Origin: Candidatus Rifleibacteriota bacterium
GTDB taxonomy: Bacteria; Muiribacteriota; Ozemobacteria; Ozemobacterales; Ozemobacteraceae
DNA length: 21,781 nt
Assembly: GCA_051747585.1 (NCBI GenBank)
Contig: JBNJGH010000057.1
Coordinates: forward strand, 1 to 21,781
Direction of reading: 5' to 3'
Both the position numbers and the translations under genes were made by a program. This document shows positions 1 to 7,251 of this stretch, in pieces. Position 1 is the stretch's first letter; each line of letters opens with the position of its first letter. Under the pieces are notes generated by a model. That model made no database searches. It had not been told where the DNA came from and saw nothing but the letters and a program-made list of their open reading frames with translations.

Positions 1-2045
1 AAAATCTCACTCACCGGCGCATCATTTGGCGGTAACACCGAAAATTCACCTGCGGGCACATGGGTACACAAACTGCCTTCTACCCTTGCAAGTTCGACTC
101 TTATCATTGCCCTGGTTTTATGATCGAGGGTCCCTCTAACACCATAAATGTCGAGAGCCATAGCAATTAACATTGCCTCTTTGCGGGATTGAAGGCTCTT
201 TTTTTCAATTTGAAGCAATTCGGCTTCAGACATCTGCTGAGCTTTTTCAGCCACTTCAGCATCGGCTATACTTCCGTGACTGCCGGACTTTTGAATAAGC
301 GATTCCAGAGAGACTAACTCATTTTCAATATTCTGTAGCATCTCCAGGTGCTTATTATCGGCCAGATTATGCTCTATAATTTTTTCGGAAAGTTTAAGCA
401 ATGCCTGTTTTTCTGCCTCGGGAGTCTTTTCGAAAACAACTTTATCGTCTTCTTCATCCTGGTCAGATTTTATCATGTGGACCAAACTGGAAAACATGTG
501 GTCAAGGTTGTTTTCGAAAAAATGTTCTCGATTTTTTTCAAGAGAAATTCTTTGTTCGACTTCCTGCAATAACTTCAATGCTCCTGGTATTTGCTTATGA
601 ACATAAAGTTTCAAAATATCGAAAGCCTTGTCGCGAACTTTAGGGCTTGTATCCTGCAGAAGCTTACCCAGCAAAGGTACATAGTTGTGATCTTTCTGAA
701 GAGAAATTATATAAAGAGCACTCTGTCGAAAAGCTTCGCGTCCCTTTTTTAATAGTTTTTTTACTTCCGCAAAAGTATCGACCCTTCCTATTTCACCCAG
801 TACTATTACTGCATTGGCTGCCACCCTGCTGTTTTTATCGTCAAGAAGTCTAAAAATATAATCTGCACTGCTGCTTATTTCTACTGCAGCGGCAGCTTCG
901 ACCGCATTTGCTCTGACCCTGTCATCTTCATGGTTAAGAAGTTCTATACAACGCTTGATTGCATCTGAAGGTTTGTTCTGCTTAACAATAGTTAGCATCA
1001 TTGATAAAAGAAATGTGTCTTTTTCGACTTTAAATGCCTCAATAAATTGCTCTTTATAATTGGCGAAATCTTCTCCGACAGCAGAGATGGCAAGATATCT
1101 CTTACATGGATCTTCATTTTGCAGTAAACTTGTAACGTTCTGGCCACCATCGAGAAATTCGGAACCCGAATCATAGGAAGTAGCCGGTGAATCTATTTTA
1201 CCTTGGGGTTCCTGAATGTCTTTAAGCTTTTCAAGAATAACACCAGCTGCAGGATTACCTTCTGACTTTTGTATTTTAAGCTGGTTGATTGCCTTTTGTC
1301 TGATTTCGACACTTTTGTCCCGGGCTGCTATTTGGCCAAGCATTACCAGCGACTGGGGTGATTTTATTTTTGAAAAAGCAAACACCGCCGAGGCCCTCAT
1401 CCAGACTCTTTCATCCTGAATCATTTTTTTCAGCAATTCAAGAAGGCCCGGACCGCCCAGTCCCTTAAGAGCTTTAATCACATTTGCCTTGACCCTGTTA
1501 TCTTGATCTGACATTAAAGAAATTATATGGCGATTTGCTTCTTCACCACCAATACTGGCTAAAGCTTCTACACAATTAGCTCTGACCCTTGAATCTGAAT
1601 CACGCAAAAAACTACTTAAGGTGGCAATATCTTCATGACGACCAAATCGACCGATCCCCATTAACATGCTTGCTTTAAGTTGAGGTATTTGTTCTTTTTT
1701 AAGGGCGGCTAAAATACATAATCTTGCAATATCGGAATTTTCAACCAGAGCTTTTTTAAGGCCGGCAAACCTTGCGTATGGATCTTCAGACTGCAGCAAT
1801 TGCTCAAAATGAATCTGGGCAAATTTTTTATCCTGATCTTCGGGACTATGCCGGCTGTTCATTCGCTCAAGCCCTTTGCGGGCCAGCGCCCTAAGCTCAT
1901 GATTTTCGTCGGATCCAGCTATTCGGGTAAGAGAGGGCTTTAGCGCAGTTAAATCAAACTTAACAGTTAAAATAATACCCTGCCGCCTTTTATCAGGACC
2001 AGCAGAGTTCAGTAAAGCCGAAATATTTTCTGCGTTAACTTCCAT
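1..2045 (-). CDS. HEAT/PBS-lyase-like repeat protein, 3'-truncated by the window edge (>=681 aa)
   Basis: Hand translation from ATG at 2045 (MEVNAENISALLNS...) stays open to base 1. Repeated HEAT-like motifs: LRDSDSRVRANCVEAL, MSDQDNRVKANVIKAL, LNHEDDRVRANAVEA, LDDKNSRVAANAVIVL, LQDTSPKVRDKA. Absent from the ORF track because the stop lies outside the window. Confidence 0.88.
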   Translation of the reverse strand, partial: MEVNAENISALLNSAGPDKRRQGIILTVKFDLTALKPSLTRIAGSDENHELRALARKGLERMNSRHSPEDQDKKFAQIHFEQLLQSEDPYARFAGLKKALVENSDIARLCILAALKKEQIPQLKASMLMGIGRFGRHEDIATLSSFLRDSDSRVRANCVEALASIGGEEANRHIISLMSDQDNRVKANVIKALKGLGGPGLLELLKKMIQDERVWMRASAVFAFSKIKSPQSLVMLGQIAARDKSVEIRQKAINQLKIQKSEGNPAAGVILEKLKDIQEPQGKIDSPATSYDSGSEFLDGGQNVTSLLQNEDPCKRYLAISAVGEDFANYKEQFIEAFKVEKDTFLLSMMLTIVKQNKPSDAIKRCIELLNHEDDRVRANAVEAAAAVEISSSADYIFRLLDDKNSRVAANAVIVLGEIGRVDTFAEVKKLLKKGREAFRQSALYIISLQKDHNYVPLLGKLLQDTSPKVRDKAFDILKLYVHKQIPGALKLLQEVEQRISLEKNREHFFENNLDHMFSSLVHMIKSDQDEEDDKVVFEKTPEAEKQALLKLSEKIIEHNLADNKHLEMLQNIENELVSLESLIQKSGSHGSIADAEVAEKAQQMSEAELLQIEKKSLQSRKEAMLIAMALDIYGVRGTLDHKTRAMIRVELARVEGSLCTHVPAGEFSVLPPNDAPVSEI

Positions 2046-2061
2046 AAACTTATTGTCGTAG

Positions 2062-2070
2062 ATTTTAACA
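2062..2070 (-). promoter_or_regulatory. Putative extended -10 promoter (TGTTAAAAT) for the HEAT gene
   Basis: TGnTAAAAT on the minus strand, 16 nt upstream of ATG 2045. Confidence 0.45.
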
Positions 2071-2102
2071 AGTTTTGCAACAAATCCTGTTACTTCTATA
2101 AA

Positions 2103-4160
2103 TTACCAGGTAATCAAACAGCTTTCACCGGGCTCAAGGTTGTATAGAATACGCCCTTCTCTGACTTTAAATTCTTTATTCCTGCTGAAATCTTCAAGAA
2201 GATTTCTTACTTTCTTAACCCCTTCGGGAACAGCCCATTCTACCTCTAATTTGCCGCTGATACTTTTTTCCATATTCCGATTAAACAAAATACCAATTCG
2301 ACGGCCTTTAGACTGCCTCAAGAAACATATTACGTCTTCGTGACCTGTAAGAATTTTGGCAAAGCTTTTCACATCTTTATTCGAAACTATGTCTATAAAA
2401 TTATTTCTAATTTGAAGCACCTTTTTAATAAAAGGCAACATCGAATGCTTACCATTCCACTGGTAATTGCCTCTATCGAAAAGAGGCAACTTTTTGCCTT
2501 TAAGAGCTTTAAGCTGTTCGTCAGAAAAATCAAGACCGGTATTAACCGGCAATTTTTCACCGAGTTCCTGGCCGGAATGAATAAAAGGTATCGCTCGGGG
2601 CAACATTGTATTTACCAGAAAAGCATATTTTGAATATTTTTCCCATCCGTATCTGCTGGCTGCACGCGGAGTATTATGATTTTCTACCGAACCGAAAAAA
2701 GACAATGGGACTCCCCGCTCGCCGATATGCTCCAGCAAATTGTACATTCCCTCTCTTTCATATTCCACCCACCAGGCATAGCCAACGACCGCATTGTAGC
2801 CAGCTTCGACCGATTCATTTGTAATTTCAAAGTTTTCAGATAGAAAAGCGAAGTTGGGGTCTATGCTGCGAGCCAGATTGATTATTCTCTGCATAAGAGG
2901 AACCGGAACTGCATGCCCCATATCAACCATTACGCCATCGATACCATATTTTCGCTGATATGTCGGAATCAGCTGCTCAATAGTTAACCAGAGGCTTTCA
3001 TTGGCCAATTCAGGTCTTGCCAGGTTCTGGTCATACATTCTTATTGTATTGTAGGCAATGTAATTAAATTGCGGTTCTTTTGGTTTTTCGTCGCGGTACA
3101 TTCTTAAATAGGTTACATCATTCCAGGGTGGTTGATTGTCATCAGGCGGCCAATCAGCAAAAGCACCAGGAATTTTGACTTCAGTAGTTTTGCCGGATTT
3201 TGGGGAAACACTTTTACCTCGGAACTGTCCTTTTTCATTTTTCCTGACCGATTCCTTGCCAGGTGGTGTTTTAAAGAAGCTTCTATAATTTTCTGAAGGT
3301 GCCGGCAAGGCTGAAAAATCACCATTCTCTATTTTATGATGTATTTCTTTTAATTCTTCTTGAGAAAAAACCGGGTTACCATAATGGGTTTGGTGATTTT
3401 TTTCATCCCCTTCGCCCGGCTTGCGATCTTTAATATCTTTATTGATCCAATAAAACCAGTCGGGATTTTTCGCAATCCAGTCAGAATCTTTACTGGCAGT
3501 TCTAAAAACAAATTCAGCTATAACCCTTATTCCAAGTTTATGAGCAGCTTCAACAAAAGCTTTGAACTGTTCTTCTACACTCATATCAATTAAAGTATCT
3601 GCAAGACTCGGTTCAAGCACATAAGGATTTTTAATCGCATAAGGAGAACCCAGCTCCCCCTTATTTCCGTCTTGACCGATTGATGTTACCGGCAAAAGAT
3701 GAATCACGCTGCATCCCAGCGACTTTATATAGCCAAGCATAGATATGCACTTCAAAAAAGTTCCGGTTTCTCTAACCCCCTGTGAATTAAGGGTAATCTC
3801 CTCTTTGCTGCCACCGATTTCTCCATCCTGATTGTGATCATAGGCTGCAGTAAGGCGAACAAATACATTGTAAATGCTTTCACGGGTAATCCAGTTGCCG
3901 CCGTCACCGCCGGGAAGTTGGGAATTCAATGATTTTAACGGATCAATATCAGAATCAAACTGGTTCTCTTCAACAGCTTCTATATGAGAAAGATAGTAAC
4001 GGGCCGGGTTAACCTTGATTGGCGGTTCACCATCAACCGACTCATTACCCGCCCTGACCCATAATGCCGGAACGCTGTAGTTCAAGTTTTCGACCTCTGG
4101 TATTTTTTGTACCAGCAGCTTTTTTAATTTCTGAAGAGGCGTTTGCTCAATATTATTCAT
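2103..4160 (-). CDS. GH13 alpha-amylase-family protein, Thermotoga maltosyltransferase (MTase)-like, with a non-canonical catalytic site
   Basis: ETGTFLK, IHLLPV, GSPYAIKNP, EQFKAFVEAAHKLGIRVI, PDWFYWI, PPWNDVTYLR, GIDGVMVDMGHA, GQELGEKLPVNTGLD match my recollection of T. maritima MTase. Start set at ATG 4160 (GGAG 7 nt upstream) rather than TTG 4163. Confidence 0.85.
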   Translation of the reverse strand: MNNIEQTPLQKLKKLLVQKIPEVENLNYSVPALWVRAGNESVDGEPPIKVNPARYYLSHIEAVEENQFDSDIDPLKSLNSQLPGGDGGNWITRESIYNVFVRLTAAYDHNQDGEIGGSKEEITLNSQGVRETGTFLKCISMLGYIKSLGCSVIHLLPVTSIGQDGNKGELGSPYAIKNPYVLEPSLADTLIDMSVEEQFKAFVEAAHKLGIRVIAEFVFRTASKDSDWIAKNPDWFYWINKDIKDRKPGEGDEKNHQTHYGNPVFSQEELKEIHHKIENGDFSALPAPSENYRSFFKTPPGKESVRKNEKGQFRGKSVSPKSGKTTEVKIPGAFADWPPDDNQPPWNDVTYLRMYRDEKPKEPQFNYIAYNTIRMYDQNLARPELANESLWLTIEQLIPTYQRKYGIDGVMVDMGHAVPVPLMQRIINLARSIDPNFAFLSENFEITNESVEAGYNAVVGYAWWVEYEREGMYNLLEHIGERGVPLSFFGSVENHNTPRAASRYGWEKYSKYAFLVNTMLPRAIPFIHSGQELGEKLPVNTGLDFSDEQLKALKGKKLPLFDRGNYQWNGKHSMLPFIKKVLQIRNNFIDIVSNKDVKSFAKILTGHEDVICFLRQSKGRRIGILFNRNMEKSISGKLEVEWAVPEGVKKVRNLLEDFSRNKEFKVREGRILYNLEPGESCLITW

Positions 4161-4193
4161 CAACTGACTCCATTAAAATGTATTGAATGCAGA

Positions 4194-4202
4194 ATTTTAA
4201 CA
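4194..4202 (-). promoter_or_regulatory. Putative extended -10 promoter (TGTTAAAAT) for the GH13 gene
   Basis: Same nonamer as upstream of the HEAT gene, 33 nt upstream of the ATG. Confidence 0.45.
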
Positions 4203-4333
4203 CATGATAATCCAGCACGCCAGTTCAACCAAGTTTTATTCACAAAAAGCAAAACTTTACAATCTTCACAGTTTTGTATTATTATTTGAATGACAATTTT
4301 CAGCAAATATTTGCAAAGTTTAAGGAGAAGACC

Positions 4334-4504
4334 ATGGCAATTAAAATTGATACTGAAAAATGTGTTGGCTGTGGAGCCTGCACTGGTACATGTCCAGTAG
4401 AAGTGCTTGAAATGAAAGACGGCAAAGTAGTTTACAAAGGCGAAGGATGCATCGATTGTGGCGCATGTGTTTCTGCATGCCCTGTTGAAGCACTCAGTCT
4501 TTAA
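4334..4504 (+). CDS. fdx: 2x[4Fe-4S] bacterial ferredoxin (56 aa)
   Basis: Two CxxCxxCxxxCP motifs (CVGCGACTGTCP, CIDCGACVSACP). AAGGAG RBS at 4322-4327 supports ATG 4334 rather than the ORF-track start 4274. Confidence 0.95.
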   Translation: MAIKIDTEKCVGCGACTGTCPVEVLEMKDGKVVYKGEGCIDCGACVSACPVEALSL

Positions 4505-4513
4505 TTAAAACAG

Positions 4514-4545
4514 AAAAAAAAGCCGGTTTTTGCCGGCTTTTTTTT
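4514..4545. terminator. Bidirectional intrinsic terminator
   Basis: A8-GCCGG-TTTTTG-CCGGC-T8 between the convergent ferredoxin and TPR genes. Confidence 0.9.
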
Positions 4546-4555
4546 ATTTTAGTTT

Positions 4556-5677
4556 TTAAAGATTGTTAATTAATTCCTTAAGCCTTTTTTCCCGTTCTTC
4601 CGCTGTTTCATCAGCTGGGGTTTCAGTTTCTTCGGTGGGAAAATCAGGGTTGTTAACTACCGGAAGTGGTTCTTCCGTCTGAGTTGAATCATCCTGATCG
4701 GGTGAACCGTAACTATTTGCCGAAGGTTCCTGTGGCGGCTCTGATGATGAATAAGAGTCGGTCTCCGGCTGATCAGGCTCCTGATAATCATCATAAGTTT
4801 GTACCGGGCTATCCTGCAATTTTTGACGCTGAAACTGAACTTCTTTTTCAAGTCTTGCGGTTGTATCTTCTACCTCGTTCAGCCTGCTTTTTGCCTCATC
4901 AAGTTCTTTTTCTTTATCTTCAACATCATCCTCGAGTCGGCGGCGGCGGCGATAATACAAATCATCTTTAAGAGCATACCAGAGCCGATTAGCTTTATCG
5001 TATTCTTCTTTAAGATCTTTGAGTTCCTCTTCAAGCTGGGGCACACGATTAGCCAAACTGTCTTTCTGCTTATACATTTCGGCCAACTGATCTGATTTTT
5101 CCTGGGCTTGAGCTGCCTGCTGAGCCATTTTGTCAGCCTTTTCCATTTCTGCCCAGCTCTGTAACCTTTCTTCTCTCATATCCTGGGCAATTTCTGCCTG
5201 ATAATCCTGTTGCATTTCAGCAGTAGACTGCAATCTTTCAACAAGCATACGGGTTTTTTCTTTAACATTATCGTCTTCAACCAGCTCTATAACTTTGTTA
5301 TAGTTTTCTATCGCTGCCTGATAGTTTGAAAAACAAACAGCTTCAACGAAAGCAAGGGTTTCAATGGTTTTAACATCTTCAGGGTCTTCTGCAAGACGAT
5401 CTTCGCAATCATTTTTTAGAGCTTCTATCAAGCCGGCATCATCGTAGGCAAGAATACCCCGATCAGTCCTCATAGCTTGATTATAAACTTCAATAGCCTT
5501 TTTCAGTTCCCCCTGTTTTTTGAGCTGGAGGGCTTCTTCATAAAGAATATCAGCTTCTTCCTGTATATCAAGCTCAGCTTTCTGAGCAAACACCTTTAAA
5601 ATACCAGTCTGCGCCGGCAAAAAAAACAATCCGGTAAGGCAGGCAAATAAAATTCCGGCAGTGAATCTTCGCATCAT
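4556..5677 (-). CDS. Exported TPR and coiled-coil protein with an acidic Pro-rich tail, function unknown
   Basis: N-terminal RR plus hydrophobic segment (signal peptide-like). TPR-like helices (LYEEALQLKKQGELKKAIEVYNQAM; NYQAAIENYNKVIEL), a long E/K/Q heptad region and a D/E/P/S-rich C-terminus. GAGAGG RBS spacing favours the second ATG (5674). Confidence 0.75.
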   Translation of the reverse strand: MMRRFTAGILFACLTGLFFLPAQTGILKVFAQKAELDIQEEADILYEEALQLKKQGELKKAIEVYNQAMRTDRGILAYDDAGLIEALKNDCEDRLAEDPEDVKTIETLAFVEAVCFSNYQAAIENYNKVIELVEDDNVKEKTRMLVERLQSTAEMQQDYQAEIAQDMREERLQSWAEMEKADKMAQQAAQAQEKSDQLAEMYKQKDSLANRVPQLEEELKDLKEEYDKANRLWYALKDDLYYRRRRRLEDDVEDKEKELDEAKSRLNEVEDTTARLEKEVQFQRQKLQDSPVQTYDDYQEPDQPETDSYSSSEPPQEPSANSYGSPDQDDSTQTEEPLPVVNNPDFPTEETETPADETAEEREKRLKELINNL

Positions 5678-5704
5678 CTACCTCTCATGCAATAAATTAA
5701 TTTT

Positions 5705-5713
5705 ATTCTAACA
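5705..5713 (-). promoter_or_regulatory. Putative extended -10 promoter (TGTTAGAAT)
   Basis: TGnTAGAAT 27 nt upstream of the TPR gene start. Confidence 0.45.
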
Positions 5714-5734
5714 TATCTTTTAAAACTCAACAAA

Positions 5735-6238
5735 CTACTCAATCTGCCATTTTTTCGCACGCCAGACAATCAGTAGATAAATTACATAAAACACGGCAAA
5801 ATCAACCGACAAATCTGAGTTGTTTTTCAACTGCTCCATCACCGGTATTTGCATAAGATAATAAGAAGCAGAATTTATAAGCAGAAAGCTAAAAGTCTCT
5901 AATCTTATCTGATACCTGCTTAAAAAATATTCTTCAGACTTTCTTTCCAAATTTATAAACCTGGCAACTATTTTATAAGCGAAATAAAATATAGCTCCTT
6001 GAGTAATTAGCAAAGTCAGCCAGAAAAAAGGACCGGCATCTTTAACCGGAGCATCTATAAAATACTTTAGAAGATAAAAACTTCCGAACATTAAAACGGG
6101 ATAAATTATAAACCAGGTTAGCATATATTCAATTAAATAAAATGACCGCCAAAAGCTGCCAATCATAGCTTCAAATAATAAAATTATCAGTGACTGTGAT
6201 GAATTACCACTTTTTCCATCGAATTGCCGGAACTTCAT
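5735..6238 (-). CDS. Hypothetical multi-pass (about 4 TM) membrane protein, paralog A
   Basis: Hydrophobic segments. Gap-free alignment with 6544..7056 gives 69/167 identities by hand count. AAGGT RBS. Confidence 0.8.
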   Translation of the reverse strand: MKFRQFDGKSGNSSQSLIILLFEAMIGSFWRSFYLIEYMLTWFIIYPVLMFGSFYLLKYFIDAPVKDAGPFFWLTLLITQGAIFYFAYKIVARFINLERKSEEYFLSRYQIRLETFSFLLINSASYYLMQIPVMEQLKNNSDLSVDFAVFYVIYLLIVWRAKKWQIE

Positions 6239-6343
6239 GAAAAATCAACCTTCGTTAATTAATAGTTTAACAGAAACGATATAATGCGCCATTATTTATT
6301 GATTGTAAAGTAGTGTCAAATATAGAAAGATACAAGCGTAGCA

Positions 6344-6487
6344 AAGCCGGGCTATCTCATAAGTTTTTACATTATGTAACTGCCCGACTTAATTGAGCAG
6401 TCTACTGATATTAACAGTATTTTACGATGCGCCGATCAAGCCGGAGTATCGCAGTTTATACTTATGGAACAGCCTGTTGATTGATCA
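6344..6487. repeat. Two degenerate direct repeats (6344-6399 and 6438-6487); copy 1 is an imperfect hairpin
   Basis: AAGCCGGgcTATCtCAtaaGTTTtTACaTTATGtAACtGCCcGacTTaATTGAgCA vs AAGCCGGagTATCgCA---GTTTaTAC-TTATGgAACaGCCtG--TTgATTGAtCA, 41 identities by hand alignment. Confidence 0.6.
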
Positions 6488-6543
6488 CACAAAAAGAAAG
6501 ATTCCAGGATAAATAGCTGCAAAGCAAAGTTGGCGTTTAAAAG

Positions 6544-7056
6544 TCAGCGTAAATACTTATCGTAATATTTTTTACTGACAAAAAGGACCATTAAGTAAAT
6601 GGCAAAGAAAATTTTAAATTCGAACAGAACTATTGGCTCATATTTAATCATTTCAAAAATTCGAATATTCATGGTGTAATAGCCGGCAAAGTTCACCAGC
6701 ATAAATAGAATTACCTCAAGTCTTATATTGTAACGAGATTGAGCATATTCCTCAGATGTTCGACGAGTAGCGACAAACCTCAGAAGCAGCTTATGACCAA
6801 AATAAAAAACCGCACCCAGAGCAAGCATCAAGTTAAACCAGAATATTAGACTTGCCTCATCGAGCGAGGTTCCTAAAAAGGTCTGCATTAAAAAGAAAAC
6901 GCCAAACATCAGAACAGGATAAGCCACAAACCATACCAACAGATATTCAAGAAAATACATTGTAGAAAAGAACCCGCCAACTAACGCATCCTGCAAAAGT
7001 TTTGTTAAAGAATCTTCCGACATTGCTGGTTTTTTTTGAAGGTGCCAGAATTTCAT
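6544..7056 (-). CDS. Hypothetical multi-pass (about 4 TM) membrane protein, paralog B
   Basis: Shares YPVLMFG, GAxFYF and SEEYxxSRYxIRLE with paralog A. Confidence 0.8.
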   Translation of the reverse strand: MKFWHLQKKPAMSEDSLTKLLQDALVGGFFSTMYFLEYLLVWFVAYPVLMFGVFFLMQTFLGTSLDEASLIFWFNLMLALGAVFYFGHKLLLRFVATRRTSEEYAQSRYNIRLEVILFMLVNFAGYYTMNIRIFEMIKYEPIVLFEFKIFFAIYLMVLFVSKKYYDKYLR

Positions 7057-7155
7057 AGTTTTTTTCAGGTTATATTTTTAACCTGCCTCCCTATACTAAT
7101 AATTTAATCAAACAAAACCTGTTGTAAAGAAGCCCGGTCGATAATAAAATCTTTA

Positions 7156-7190
7156 TTTACAAAAGCAGCTTACAACCTTATCCTGTAAGC
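7156..7190 (+). promoter_or_regulatory. Putative sigma70 promoter for the UbiB-family gene with an overlapping inverted repeat
   Basis: TTTACA(7156-7161)-17 nt-TATCCT(7179-7184). GCTTACA-N9-TGTAAGC at 7168-7190. Confidence 0.4.
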
Positions 7191-7251
7191 ATAGCTTAAG
7201 ATTATTAACTGTAATTCTCAGCCCTGCTGAATCTAATGAGAGCCTTTAATC

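Noticed and set aside
6313..6396. c-di-GMP-I riboswitch-like words (GAAA...GCAAAGCC) and a 27-codon GTG ORF
   Set aside because: The stem around GAAA does not pair properly, the orientation is opposite to the flanking genes, and the ORF has no RBS
6403..6419. TACTG-atattaa-CAGTA, resembling an E. coli LexA box
   Set aside because: CTG-N7-CAG rather than N10, and no SOS genes nearby
6344..6487. Degenerate CRISPR array, integron attC or the true chromosomal dif site
   Set aside because: Only two divergent units, no cas or integrase gene, no RYYYAAC/GTTRRRY pair, and the dif spacer would be 9 nt with a poor XerC arm
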